64,000 nt of DNA from an uncultured Gammaproteobacteria bacterium (lineage in GTDB: Bacteria > Patescibacteriota > Microgenomatia > Levybacterales > GWA1-39-11), in assembly GCA_964641355.1 (NCBI GenBank), contig CAZXND010000001.1:11869-75868 (forward strand), in the 5' to 3' direction. Shown here in pieces: positions 10,741 to 20,899 of this stretch (position 1 is the first letter of the stretch; every line of letters begins with the position of its first letter). Position numbers and translations under genes: made by a program. The notes beneath the pieces were generated by a model that had not been told where the DNA came from, did not search any database, and was given only the letters and a program-made list of their open reading frames with translations.

Positions 10741-11904
10741 TCATTTAACGGTAACCGTAGCGCCTATTGGCAGAACGCTAAACCAAATCTTTCCCTTGTT
10801 TAATGAAACTTCTTTACCACTCGTGTCTTTTAAGTATAAATGAGCTTCACGACTTTTTTTTGACCATGTTGCATTAATCTTTTTTCCATCTTGGAAGATA
10901 ATAGCATTTCCCACTCCTTTTGTCCCATACAAATTGTGTAGATTATTTTCATATCCATCGTTTGCACTACTTTCTCTCATGAATAAAATTACTACATTTT
11001 TAGCTGATATTTGTTTACCCGTATCTTTGTCTTTATGTGGAATACCACCATTACTTCTTAAGTATGTGTTGGTTGTGCTATCGTAAGTCCATTTTACACC
11101 GTACTCTTTATATCCATCCCAAAAATCATAAGACACAGTACTTGCAGAAACAGCACTAGCTGGACTATCAGCTTTGAAAATATATGGAGTGAATCCAATG
11201 TTCCATTTCGTTCCATCCTTATCAGTAGCTGATAAACCTCTGCTTTTTGCTACATCCCACAGCTTTTGAGTTGTACTATACATTGTGTGCTCTGTTGCAA
11301 CAGGGTGTCCTAATCTCTCATAATCTCTCCAGAACGTCGGAAATCCGACTGAAAATTGATTGATATCGTTATACCCTTGCCATCCATAATCTTCAATTTG
11401 ACCTAAGGCATTTGCTGGACCTGGGGTATTCGCACCTCCAACATGTGTATAAAGAGGTGAATCACCATATTCAGATATAAAATCTAGAAAATAAGTTCTT
11501 GCAGATCTAACGGGACCAACAATACCAGCATCCTGACAGTAAAAAATAGAAAGGAATCTTGTGATACCACCCTCTGCAACCGCTTCGTAAACAATATCGG
11601 CGGAATCAAGTCCTGACTGAGGTCTTGATTCTTGATGATTCTCTATCATAATACCCAGTGGTCTATGCTTTTCCCACCAATCTCTCTGCTGCTTTGAATA
11701 CATCGCCCCATTCAAAGGACAAGATTCTGTTTTGGGAAGTTTTTGGTCAAATGTTACTTTTCCTTCTTTTGTAACTTGAGTAATAGGAACTACTGAAGTC
11801 TTCCTCCCTACTGTAGTTGGGAAGATGCTTGAAAAGAGGAAGTATGAAAAGGCAGAGGTTGTCAGATATAAAACTACTGCAATAATAATTGTCTTTAAAT
11901 TCAT
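10741..11904 (-). CDS. Secreted DUF3048 (YerB-like) domain protein
   Basis: Signal/TM N-terminus; MIENHQESRPQSGL...YEAVAEGGITRF...GPVRSAR pattern recalled for DUF3048. Confidence 0.55.
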   Translation of the reverse strand: MNLKTIIIAVVLYLTTSAFSYFLFSSIFPTTVGRKTSVVPITQVTKEGKVTFDQKLPKTESCPLNGAMYSKQQRDWWEKHRPLGIMIENHQESRPQSGLDSADIVYEAVAEGGITRFLSIFYCQDAGIVGPVRSARTYFLDFISEYGDSPLYTHVGGANTPGPANALGQIEDYGWQGYNDINQFSVGFPTFWRDYERLGHPVATEHTMYSTTQKLWDVAKSRGLSATDKDGTKWNIGFTPYIFKADSPASAVSASTVSYDFWDGYKEYGVKWTYDSTTNTYLRSNGGIPHKDKDTGKQISAKNVVILFMRESSANDGYENNLHNLYGTKGVGNAIIFQDGKKINATWSKKSREAHLYLKDTSGKEVSLNKGKIWFSVLPIGATVTVK

Positions 11905-11928
11905 ATGATTATGGAATTATATAATATT

Positions 11929-12405
11929 TTATCGTTTAGAATCTAGAAGAAATGTGCTTTCTTTTAATGCTTTTTCTTCTTCACTCGAAAGTTCATATTC
12001 AGCTCCTTTACCTTTCAACACCTTCTTAGCATACCATCTAGTCCCTGTCCTTGTGTGAAGGCTCGAAATAACCACACCTGTATTATTTGCATCAAGGAGT
12101 GAAAGAACAAAGCTTTGATCTCCCCCAGTGTCTTTAAAAGGATTAAATCTAAAAAGGCCCAATTTTTGTATGTGAAATTCTCCCTCTTTTGCAATTTTTG
12201 CTACATCCATTTTTAACTTCTCTATTTCTTGATAATTACTAGATTCCCTTCTAAAGATTTCATCAAGAGACTTGGTTAATAATTCTTTTTTACCATTTTT
12301 CGTAAGTCTTAAATAGTAAAAATAAAGCCTAAAAAAGAAGATTGATATTATTACTGCCCAAACAAAATTAATAACAGCAAAAACTAAAAGGGGGGAAAGA
12401 AACAT
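11929..12405 (-). CDS. Membrane-anchored hypothetical protein (possibly DUF4446-like)
   Basis: N-terminal TM; conserved-looking FNPFKDTGGDQSF segment. Confidence 0.4.
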   Translation of the reverse strand: MFLSPLLVFAVINFVWAVIISIFFFRLYFYYLRLTKNGKKELLTKSLDEIFRRESSNYQEIEKLKMDVAKIAKEGEFHIQKLGLFRFNPFKDTGGDQSFVLSLLDANNTGVVISSLHTRTGTRWYAKKVLKGKGAEYELSSEEEKALKESTFLLDSKR

Positions 12406-12427
12406 AGATCTAAATAATTTTAGCCTC

Positions 12428-12445
12428 TTGACAGCTTTGTGTCAA
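12428..12445. promoter_or_regulatory. Perfect inverted repeat TTGACA-gctttg-TGTCAA (operator-like, overlaps a -35-like hexamer)
   Basis: Palindrome read directly from the sequence. Confidence 0.3.
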
Positions 12446-12766
12446 TATGATACTTTTTTTTGCATGAGTAAAAAGCGACGCACAAGGGATGAAAAAGTGT
12501 TCGCAGAGCTCAAGCGACAAGAGGGTGTGGGTCAATTTCAAGAAAAAAAATTTACCTACTCCTTTGGAAATGGAGTTGCAAATCCTTCTATTATTAACAC
12601 TAACGTCGACAGAATAACCTCCAAAAACTATTCATATATTAAAACCGAAATAAAACATACTATCTTTATAACTTCCCTTATTCTTATCTTAAATCTCGGG
12701 TTTTTCTTTTTAGAAAAAAAACTAAATACAGGAATTCCCGGATTTTAAGGAGGGAGGTGAAAGATT

Positions 12767-12910
12767 ATGGCAAGCATGTATTGTGTAAAATGTAGAGCAA
12801 AAAGAGACGACCCAAACGCAGAAAAGGTTACAATGAAGAATGGAAAACCAGCTTTGAAAGGAAAGTGTCCAGTTTGTGGAACAGCAATGTTCAAAATTGG
12901 AGCAGCGTAG
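12767..12910 (+). CDS. Small zinc-ribbon protein (DUF5679-like), 47 aa; not in the ORF track
   Basis: GGAGGGAGGTGA RBS 6 nt before the ATG; CxxC...CxxC (MASMYCVKCRAK...KCPVCGTAMF). Confidence 0.7.
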   Translation: MASMYCVKCRAKRDDPNAEKVTMKNGKPALKGKCPVCGTAMFKIGAA

Positions 12911-12995
12911 AGATTTGCTCTATTTAACAAAAACCTAATTCTAAATCCATTGGAAATAGATGAGGGTTTTTGTGTTGAATTAGAAACTAAAAAAA

Positions 12996-14549
12996 TTATT
13001 TGTCAGAATATTGTATTAATTTGTAAACTTTCACCACAGAAATATCCCACGAATTTACAACCTCTGCTCTTCCAAAACCCGCAATCTCCCAAAGAGGGTG
13101 ACCAAGAGGTTGGCAAGGAATAGATTCACATACTACGAAAAGCTGATTTGTAACACTTTCTCTCTTTGGATCTATGACGAGATTTTGAATATCAATAGGC
13201 TTATTTCCTTCCACTTCAAAAAAATAACGGTATGCATGATCCGAATTTCCCCCTGTAATAAGAGCGAAATTGAAAGGCTTATTTTCAGCCTTTTCAAGTA
13301 TAAACTCTGAAATTTTCTTGACTTGTCCTCTTTGATTATTCGGAAGAGAAAGAAAAGGAGCACCCAAAAGATTAAAAATAAATAGAAAAATGAAGATCGA
13401 AATAGACACTAACATTCCTAACCTTTTTAAGTGTTTTGAACCAAAAAGTTCTGACAAAAAATTTCCCACAAATAAAAAAGGGAGTGGAAACATAAATCCA
13501 AAATAATAATCATAGATATTTCTTTTGTACAAACCAAAAAGCAAAACACCTAAGATGAGCCAAGTTAGCATTAATATTACAGTGAGTCTATTTTTTATTC
13601 TTAAAATTGCCCAAATAGATGCGATCGCAAGAAAAACTGTAATTACCTGCCAAATTTTAAGATCCAAATGAGCTTCTATTGAAACCTGTTCTGGAGGAGG
13701 GAAGCGAGTAATTAATCTTGCAAAAAGTCTAAAAAAAACGTCACTCGCAATAGTAAGAATGGAAGTGTTTTTTTCTGGGCTAAAAGTGTTTGAAAATATA
13801 AAACCAAAAATTGTTCTTGTGTTGGGAAACCCATGCTTTAGTTCGAATGCTAGAAAAGGAGAAAATCCTATAACAAATCCCATAAAAATAGAAATGTATT
13901 TTTTCCCTAAGTCTAAAATCTCAACTTTTCTTTTTATATACAGCGTACCGAGAAAAATAAAAACAACGATTATTATTGCTAGGAAAACGGCTAAATAATG
14001 AAGCTGCATTGTAATTCCCAAAAGAATTCCCACAATGAAAAATAATTTTAACTTATTATTTTTAACTCCGAGATAAAGAAGAAAAAGGGATAAAATAGAA
14101 AAGAAAGGAACTGGATTAGGATTCCAAGAAGACCTAGAATATGCAATAACTATTGGAGATACCGAATACAAAGAAGCGGCAAAAAGCCCAGTTTTTTCGT
14201 CAAAAAGCTTCTTTCCTACAAGATAAATCAAAAAAACTGTTGCAACACCAAAAATGGCAATCATTATTGCTGGACCAACAGGATCAAGTTTTGTTAACCA
14301 AAGAAAAGGTGCAATAAAGTAATAATAAATGGGGCCTAAGAAAAAATCACCAGCAGAAGCTCTTGGACCAAGAAGGGTAAGCTTTCCCTCGAGAATATGC
14401 TTTGCCACAATAACATCTCTCCCTTCATCTCCTAAAAAAGTCATATATTCAGATATTCTAAAAAAACGAAGGAATGCCGCCAGGGTAATAATAATTCCTA
14501 CAAGAAAGAGGCCTATATTTTTTCTTTTTTGAGGTTCTGAGTTTTCCAT
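12996..14549 (-). CDS. Membrane glycosyltransferase of the ArnT/PMT superfamily (GT39/GT83-like)
   Basis: About 12 TM; N-terminal AAFLRFFRI...FLGDEGRD segment typical of the family. Confidence 0.7.
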   Translation of the reverse strand: MENSEPQKRKNIGLFLVGIIITLAAFLRFFRISEYMTFLGDEGRDVIVAKHILEGKLTLLGPRASAGDFFLGPIYYYFIAPFLWLTKLDPVGPAIMIAIFGVATVFLIYLVGKKLFDEKTGLFAASLYSVSPIVIAYSRSSWNPNPVPFFSILSLFLLYLGVKNNKLKLFFIVGILLGITMQLHYLAVFLAIIIVVFIFLGTLYIKRKVEILDLGKKYISIFMGFVIGFSPFLAFELKHGFPNTRTIFGFIFSNTFSPEKNTSILTIASDVFFRLFARLITRFPPPEQVSIEAHLDLKIWQVITVFLAIASIWAILRIKNRLTVILMLTWLILGVLLFGLYKRNIYDYYFGFMFPLPFLFVGNFLSELFGSKHLKRLGMLVSISIFIFLFIFNLLGAPFLSLPNNQRGQVKKISEFILEKAENKPFNFALITGGNSDHAYRYFFEVEGNKPIDIQNLVIDPKRESVTNQLFVVCESIPCQPLGHPLWEIAGFGRAEVVNSWDISVVKVYKLIQYSDK

Positions 14550-15715
14550 ATTATCTTATTATAAATGAAATAATTCAAAGGAATAACTACAAAAATAATC
14601 GTTGGAACAAGTACAAATATTCGCGTAACAAATGTGAATCCAAGTAATTTAAAACTTTCACCAAATAAAGAAACGAATATAAAAACCGATGAAAATTGAA
14701 TTACAACAGCAGCGATAGATGTTAGATTAAATTTAATAAACTTGGATAAAAAGTGAGGTGCTTCCCTTTCTTTTCTAGTATCACTAAATGTCCAAATATT
14801 ATTAAATGTGAAATTAGAAATAATGGCCGCCTCAGCACCAATTCCAGCTGCCCATGCGTCCCTTAGTGAGTCGCTTAATATAAGAACCGCAGGAATAACT
14901 AATAAAGCAAAGAGTTCTTGAACTAAAACTTGTATAATAAATCCTGAAACCCCAACGACTAAAAACTTTATAAATCTTTGTAATTCAATTACTCTTGCAA
15001 TAATTACATAATAAAGGACATCCATAATATATCCAAGAGGAGCGATTTTTGATTTACCAAGCGTTCTATCTGTGAAGTGGAAAGGAACTTCTCCAATTTT
15101 AAATCCATCTCTTACCGCTTTATGTAGAAATGAAATCTGGAAAATATATCCATTATAGTTTTCTAATTCTTTCTTTTCTTTTAAAAAAACTTCTTTTTTA
15201 AGAGCTCTATACCCACCAGTCCAATCATGAATATTAAATCTCATGAATACAGATCTTACAAAAAGATTGGCAATAATTGAAAAAGCTTTTCTTTGAGGTG
15301 GCCAATTTTTTGGAATGGATCCACCTTCACTATATCTTGTTCCAATTACCATATCGCTTCCCAAATCTATCTTTTTAAGAAACTCAGGTACCTTATTTGG
15401 ATCATGTTGCCCATCAGCATCCATTTCAAATAAAACGTCTGCCCCCATTTTTTCAACAGCATAAGACATAGCTCTAACATAAGCAGCTCCCAAACCCTTC
15501 TTCTCACCCAGGCTTACATCTATGTTTTTATATTTTTTTGCCAGATTTCTGACCACATCAACTGTCTTATCAGGAGAATTGTCATCGGCAACCAATATAG
15601 ACATTTCATAATTCTTAACTTGAGGAAAAATATCTTCTTCAAGTATATTAATTAGTTTTTCTATATTTTCACGTTCGTTATAAGTGGGTAAGATAATTAC
15701 TACTTTTTTAAGCAT
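14513..15715 (-). CDS. GT2 polyprenol-phosphate glycosyltransferase (DPM synthase-like) fused to a GtrA-like membrane domain
   Basis: ILPTYNERENI...VADDNSPD...EMDADGQHDP GT2 motifs; C-terminal 4-TM GtrA-like region. Confidence 0.8.
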   Translation of the reverse strand: MLKKVVIILPTYNERENIEKLINILEEDIFPQVKNYEMSILVADDNSPDKTVDVVRNLAKKYKNIDVSLGEKKGLGAAYVRAMSYAVEKMGADVLFEMDADGQHDPNKVPEFLKKIDLGSDMVIGTRYSEGGSIPKNWPPQRKAFSIIANLFVRSVFMRFNIHDWTGGYRALKKEVFLKEKKELENYNGYIFQISFLHKAVRDGFKIGEVPFHFTDRTLGKSKIAPLGYIMDVLYYVIIARVIELQRFIKFLVVGVSGFIIQVLVQELFALLVIPAVLILSDSLRDAWAAGIGAEAAIISNFTFNNIWTFSDTRKEREAPHFLSKFIKFNLTSIAAVVIQFSSVFIFVSLFGESFKLLGFTFVTRIFVLVPTIIFVVIPLNYFIYNKIIWKTQNLKKEKI

Positions 15716-16672
15716 TTATATATTTTTTTTATAATAATTTATTGTTTTTTCTAGTCCCTCTTCAATAACCACCTTCGGATCATAACCAAGGACTTTTTGA
15801 GCTTTTGATATATCCGGTCTTCTTTGATGGGGATCATCTGATGGCAACTCTTCATAAACAATTTCTGATTTTGAACCTGTTAAAGTCTTAATTATTGTAG
15901 CAAGCTGTGCTATTGTATATTCTTGCGGATTACCTAAGTTAACTATCTCCCCATTAATTCCATCGATTGTAGTAAGCTTGAAAATTCCATCAATCAGATC
16001 AGACACGTAGCAAAAGCTTCTAGTTTGATCACCCTTCCCATAAATTGTAATAGGAGCGTCAGACAATGCTTGATTAATAAAATTTGAAACTACCCTACCA
16101 TCCTCTTTAGACAGTCTTTCTCCGAATGTATTAAAAATCCTCATTATTCGTGTATCTAGACCAAAAGATCTGTTATAAGCGGCTGTGACTGCCTCCCCAA
16201 ATCTTTTCCCCTCATCATATACAGATCTAACACCGTTAGGATTTACATTTCCAAAATAATCTTCTTTTTGAGGTGAAACCATTGGATCTCCATAAACCTC
16301 AGAAGATGAAGCATATACAAATCTCGCTTTTTTTTCTTTTGCTAGATTTAAAAGATTATAAGTTCCAACACTATTAACTCTTAATGTTTCTATTGGGTGG
16401 TTTATATAACTATTCTTACTTTTCCTATTTGGAGAAGCAGGAGAAGCCATGTGAATAATTACATACAACTCTTCCGATAAATTTAATGGAGAAATAATAT
16501 CATGCTCGATAAATTTAAAATTGGAATTATCAACAAATGAGGAGAGGTTTTCCTTTTTTCCAGTAAGAAAGTTATCTAAGCCAATTACAAAATATCCTCC
16601 GCTTAAAAATTTTTCAGCAAGATGAGAACCCAGAAATCCTGCAACCCCAGTTATAAGAACATTATTTTTCAT
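15716..16672 (-). CDS. UDP-glucuronate decarboxylase (UDP-xylose synthase)-like SDR
   Basis: VLITGVAGFLGSHL...GLDNFLTGKKENL; YxxxK; UXS family pattern. Confidence 0.75.
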   Translation of the reverse strand: MKNNVLITGVAGFLGSHLAEKFLSGGYFVIGLDNFLTGKKENLSSFVDNSNFKFIEHDIISPLNLSEELYVIIHMASPASPNRKSKNSYINHPIETLRVNSVGTYNLLNLAKEKKARFVYASSSEVYGDPMVSPQKEDYFGNVNPNGVRSVYDEGKRFGEAVTAAYNRSFGLDTRIMRIFNTFGERLSKEDGRVVSNFINQALSDAPITIYGKGDQTRSFCYVSDLIDGIFKLTTIDGINGEIVNLGNPQEYTIAQLATIIKTLTGSKSEIVYEELPSDDPHQRRPDISKAQKVLGYDPKVVIEEGLEKTINYYKKNI

Positions 16673-16695
16673 CGAATTCTAGATTCTGAGGGTTA

Positions 16696-17673
16696 TTAAC
16701 GGCTTTCCAACTCAAGGTCAGACTTAACCATCATTTCAACAAGCTCGGGAAAGCTTGTCTTTGGCTTCCAGCCTAAAACCTTTTTGGCCTTTGAATAATC
16801 CCCAATTAAATAGTCAACTTCTGCGGGCCTCATGTGCTTGGGGTTATTTGAAACAACATGTTTTTCCCAATCTTTAATTCCAGCAGCACCAAAAGCTAGC
16901 TCAACAAATTCTTTAACACTGTGATTTTCACCTGTTGCTACTACATAGTCATCAGGCTGATCTTGTTGTAACATAAGCCACATGGCCTCTACATAGTCAC
17001 CAGCAAATCCCCAATCTCTTTTAGGCTCAAGCGACCCCAACTCTATCTTATCTTGTTTACCCAATTTTATTCTAGCGACACCGTTAGTTATTTTTCTTGT
17101 TACAAATTCTAATCCACGTCTGGGGGACTCGTGATTAAAAAGTATTCCAGAACAGGCAAACAGATTAAAACTTTCTCTATAATTAACAGTTATATAGTGT
17201 CCATAAACCTTAGCTACACCATATGGGCTTCTTGGATGAAATCTAGTTGTCTCTCTTTGGGGTGTTTCTGTAACTTTTCCAAACATCTCAGAGGATGAAG
17301 CTTGATAAAATCTTATAGAAGGGTTTACTGCTCTTATAGCTTCGAGCATTCTTGTAACACCAAGAGCTGTAAACTCACCTGTTAATACAGGTTGATTCCA
17401 GGATGTTTTTACAAAAGATTGTGCAGCCAGATTATATATTTCATCGGGTTTGGACTCCAAAATTGCCTCTGTTAGAGAGCTTTGATCGAGAAGATCTCCA
17501 GGTATAAGCTTTACTTTATCTTGAATATGTCGAATATTCTCTATGTTTAGAGTACTTGTTCTTCTTGTAAGCCCGAACACTTCATATCCTTTAGATAAAA
17601 GAAATTCCGCAAGATACGGACCGTCTTGACCAGTAATTCCTGTAATTAATGCTCGCTTTGACATACTAAACAA
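16696..17673 (-). CDS. gmd: GDP-mannose 4,6-dehydratase
   Basis: [25 protein letters not shown]...; GMD family. Confidence 0.85.
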   Translation of the reverse strand: MFSMSKRALITGITGQDGPYLAEFLLSKGYEVFGLTRRTSTLNIENIRHIQDKVKLIPGDLLDQSSLTEAILESKPDEIYNLAAQSFVKTSWNQPVLTGEFTALGVTRMLEAIRAVNPSIRFYQASSSEMFGKVTETPQRETTRFHPRSPYGVAKVYGHYITVNYRESFNLFACSGILFNHESPRRGLEFVTRKITNGVARIKLGKQDKIELGSLEPKRDWGFAGDYVEAMWLMLQQDQPDDYVVATGENHSVKEFVELAFGAAGIKDWEKHVVSNNPKHMRPAEVDYLIGDYSKAKKVLGWKPKTSFPELVEMMVKSDLELESR

Positions 17674-17711
17674 TTCTACTATTTTAACTTAATATCTATT
17701 ATTTTACAAAC

Positions 17712-18671
17712 TTAATCTTTTTGATTTCTAAAGTAATCAAGAGTGTCTTTAAGAGTCTCTTCGATTATTATTTCAGGACTCCATCCTGTTAAACTTCTCA
17801 ATTTTGATGAATCTGAAACAGTTTCTGATATATCTCCAGGTCTGAACCTTTCAGGATCAATTTCAATTCTTATATCTTTATCTGACATGGATAAAAGCTT
17901 ATTTAAAACATCTTTTATCTGATACGATTTCCCAGATCCAACATTATAAACATCCCCTGATTTTCCCAACCTTATTACAAGCTCATAAGCCTTAACCATA
18001 TCTCTTACATCGGTAAAATCTCTTTTTGACTCCAAATTTCCTACTTTTATAACTGGTTCACACTTTTCTTTCTCAATATCTGAAATTTGCTTAGCAAAAG
18101 ATGCAACCACAAAATCAGGAGATTGTCTGGGGCCTATGTGATTAAAAGGTCTAACTCTAACAACTTGTAAACCATTAGAAAGAAAATATTGTAGCCCTAA
18201 AAAATCTTGAGTAATTTTTGAAACCGCATAGGGACTAGTTGGTCTAAGAGGTGTTTCCTCGTTAGCGGGAAGGTTTTTAGGATCGACCATACCGTAGATC
18301 TCAGCCGATGATGTTATCAGAATCTTAGGATTAATCTTGAGATTTGAAACAGCGTTAAAAATATTAACTTGAGCACTTATGTTTGTGGTAAATAACGAAG
18401 TAGGATCTTTAAAGCTTTGAGAGGGAGATGTTAAAGCGGCGAGGTGGAAGATTAAATTTGGATTGACTTCACTTATTACATCCTCAACGCCCTCTTTATC
18501 AAGAAGATCAAGTGTAAACAGCTTTATGTTATTCTCTACACTTTCTAAATTTGAATTATCAGTTTTAACTACTCCATAAACATCATAACCCTTAGACAGA
18601 AGAAGTTCTGCTAAAAAACTCCCAGCAAAACCATTTATACCTGTAATAAAAGCTCTTGTTTTGGTTTCCAA
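17712..18671 (-). CDS. rmd: NAD-dependent epimerase/dehydratase; probably GDP-4-keto-6-deoxy-D-mannose reductase (Rmd-like)
   Basis: AFITGINGFAGSFLAELLL Rossmann motif; directly follows gmd. Confidence 0.55.
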   Translation of the reverse strand: METKTRAFITGINGFAGSFLAELLLSKGYDVYGVVKTDNSNLESVENNIKLFTLDLLDKEGVEDVISEVNPNLIFHLAALTSPSQSFKDPTSLFTTNISAQVNIFNAVSNLKINPKILITSSAEIYGMVDPKNLPANEETPLRPTSPYAVSKITQDFLGLQYFLSNGLQVVRVRPFNHIGPRQSPDFVVASFAKQISDIEKEKCEPVIKVGNLESKRDFTDVRDMVKAYELVIRLGKSGDVYNVGSGKSYQIKDVLNKLLSMSDKDIRIEIDPERFRPGDISETVSDSSKLRSLTGWSPEIIIEETLKDTLDYFRNQKD

Positions 18672-19964
18672 TTATCTTCCTACTCCCTGATAGTTAAAAC
18701 CCATTAATCGAAGCTTATCTGCATCATATATATTTCTTCCATCTACTAAGATTGGAGCGGTCATTATGTTTTTTATTTTTTCCATATCTAACTCTTTGAA
18801 TTCATTCCATTCAGTCAGTATAACTAAAGCATCTGAATCCTTAGCAACATCATAGGCATTCTTACACATCTCTACCCCCTCTATAACTCTTTTCGCGTTC
18901 TCTAAAGCTTCTGGATCATATGCTTTTATATTAGCTCCATCCTTTTTAAGCAAACTAATAATATCAATCGAAGGAGCATCTCTCATATCATCCGTATTTG
19001 GCTTAAAAGAAAGACCCAAAACTCCTATGGTTTTACCTCGAAGCTCTCCTCCTAAAGCTTTCTTTGTCTTCTTAGCAATATCTCTTCTGGCTTGATCGTT
19101 TATTTTCTCGACATCTTCCAGAAGAGAAAATGAATAATCTAAATCTTTAGCAATTGTAATAAGAGCTTTAACGTCCTTTGGAAAACAACTACCACCATAT
19201 CCCGCACCAGCAGAAAGGAAATAACTCCCAATCCTCTTATCCATTCCTATACCCTCAAGAGCCTTAATACCGTCTGCACCCGATAGTTCTGCGATCTTTG
19301 CTATAGCGTTTGAGAACGCAATTTTCGTTGCAAGAAACGAATTTGCAGCATATTTAATAAGTTCAGCTGTTTCAAAATTTGTTAAAACTAGGGGGGATTT
19401 TATCGGTTTATGAAGCTCTATCAACGTCTCTCTAGCCTTCTCACTTTCAGTTCCAATAACAATTCTATCTGGCTCAAGCGTATCAGATATAGCTGAACCT
19501 TCTCTTAAAAACTCTGGCACCGATGCATAATCGAAAGTGGCACCATCGGGTTTCACTTCAGAAATAATTGACTGGACCTTCTTATTAGTACCAATAGGAA
19601 CTGTACTTTTTGTTGCAACAACAGTATATCCTTCAAGATTTTTTCCTATCTGTTCTGCAACTGAAAGAACTGTCGAAAGATCAGCATCTCCAGTTTTAGT
19701 TGGAGGAGTACCAACTGCAATAAATACTATATCTGATGACGGGACTGCAGGAGAAAAATCTAACGTAAAAATGAGTCTTCCTGCATCAACATTTCTCTTT
19801 ACTATCTCTTCAAGACCAGGTTCAAAAATAGGTAAAATTCCTTTTTTTAAATCCTCGATTTTTTTCTTAGTATGACCAACTACGTTTACAGTATTCCCCA
19901 AGTCGGCGAAGATAGACGCCGTTACTAACCCTACATATCCATGTCCCACAAATGTGATAGTCAT
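18672..19964 (-). CDS. ugd: UDP-glucose 6-dehydrogenase
   Basis: MTITFVGHGYVGL N-terminus; GGSCFPKD catalytic motif. Confidence 0.85.
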   Translation of the reverse strand: MTITFVGHGYVGLVTASIFADLGNTVNVVGHTKKKIEDLKKGILPIFEPGLEEIVKRNVDAGRLIFTLDFSPAVPSSDIVFIAVGTPPTKTGDADLSTVLSVAEQIGKNLEGYTVVATKSTVPIGTNKKVQSIISEVKPDGATFDYASVPEFLREGSAISDTLEPDRIVIGTESEKARETLIELHKPIKSPLVLTNFETAELIKYAANSFLATKIAFSNAIAKIAELSGADGIKALEGIGMDKRIGSYFLSAGAGYGGSCFPKDVKALITIAKDLDYSFSLLEDVEKINDQARRDIAKKTKKALGGELRGKTIGVLGLSFKPNTDDMRDAPSIDIISLLKKDGANIKAYDPEALENAKRVIEGVEMCKNAYDVAKDSDALVILTEWNEFKELDMEKIKNIMTAPILVDGRNIYDADKLRLMGFNYQGVGR

Positions 19965-20899
19965 TACTTTATTAATAAAGGAAAGGCTTCAGAAAAAGTT
20001 TTAGGTTTGAAACCAGTATTTTGTAGTTTAGCATTTTTCATAATCGTTTTAAAGGGTCGTCGAGCTCGATTTTTATAAAAGTCGTCTCCATTTATTTTTT
20101 TTATTTTGGAAATATCTAAGCCCATGTCTTCAGCAATTATTCTACCAATTTCGTATGATGTTTTACTATCTGATCCACAAAGATTATAAACTCCTACTGC
20201 CCCGATATTAATTAAGTGCTCAAGACCAAAAATAATATCATCAATAAAGCTAGGAGTAATAACATAATCACAGATGAGAAAAATCTCATCTTTTGTTTTT
20301 AATAAATTAATTATCGACCAAACAAAATCATTCTTAACAAGAGTTTTATATCCGTATGGGTACGATGGCCTAACTATTAAATAATCATAGATCTTACGAC
20401 ATGCTTCTTCACCCCAAAATTTTGTCTGTCCATACCAATTCAAAGGCGATGGAATACTTTCTTCTGTGTAAAACTCTTCTTTACCACTAAAAACGAAATC
20501 TGTTGACATATATATAAATTTAGCGTTTATAGATTTGGCTACTTCGCTTAAATTATTAGTTCCTACAGTATTGACCGCAAATGCACTTTGACTATCTTTA
20601 AAGTCGGAGTAATTTAAATTTTCAAACTTTATAGAGTTTTCTGAAACAAGCTTTAAGTTTTTAATTCTTGCGAGATCTTCCACTTTATCATCTTCACACT
20701 CATCTACATTTGTTTTTGCGGCAAGATGTAAAATAATATCCGGCTTTTCCTTGGTCAAAACATCCATTACCGATTCTTTATCCAAAAGATTTACTCCAGT
20801 TGTACGACTTAAAGGAATTATTTCAAATCTATCTTTGAGAAGAATTTTGAAACGAGAACCTACGAGGCCTGTAACTCCACTAACGGCTAACTTAAGCAT
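19964..20899 (-). CDS. rfbD: dTDP-4-dehydrorhamnose reductase-like (RmlD family)
   Basis: Short SDR with GVTGLVGSR...HLAAKTNVDECE pattern of RmlD. Confidence 0.65.
   Translation of the reverse strand: MLKLAVSGVTGLVGSRFKILLKDRFEIIPLSRTTGVNLLDKESVMDVLTKEKPDIILHLAAKTNVDECEDDKVEDLARIKNLKLVSENSIKFENLNYSDFKDSQSAFAVNTVGTNNLSEVAKSINAKFIYMSTDFVFSGKEEFYTEESIPSPLNWYGQTKFWGEEACRKIYDYLIVRPSYPYGYKTLVKNDFVWSIINLLKTKDEIFLICDYVITPSFIDDIIFGLEHLINIGAVGVYNLCGSDSKTSYEIGRIIAEDMGLDISKIKKINGDDFYKNRARRPFKTIMKNAKLQNTGFKPKTFSEAFPLLIK

Noticed and set aside
12450-12620. tmRNA, SRP RNA, RNase P RNA or a riboswitch in the GC-richer leader
   Set aside because: No match to the signature sequences I can recall (SRP domain IV, tmRNA tag-reading frame plus T-arm, SAM/T-box/lysine-box cores). 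Left as an uncharacterised leader.
12428-12748. 106-aa plus-strand ORF spanning the intergenic region upstream of the zinc-ribbon gene
   Set aside because: It has no RBS and non-protein-like composition. It spans a promoter-like palindrome and a probable leader. The real gene here is the 47-aa ORF at 12767-12910.
12767-12910. Possibility that the small zinc-ribbon proteins (12767-12910 and 62279-62443) are LysW/ArgW amino-group carrier proteins linked to the ATP-grasp/M20/kinase genes
   Set aside because: The first is basic and lacks the acidic C-terminal EDWGE-type tail. The second ends in GEE but has only a CxxCxC cluster, and it lies 13 kb from the ATP-grasp locus. Neither is adjacent to the candidate enzymes.
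12911-12995. Bidirectional terminator between the convergent zinc-ribbon gene and the GT39-like gene
   Set aside because: Only imperfect, short complementary segments. No convincing stem plus U-tract.
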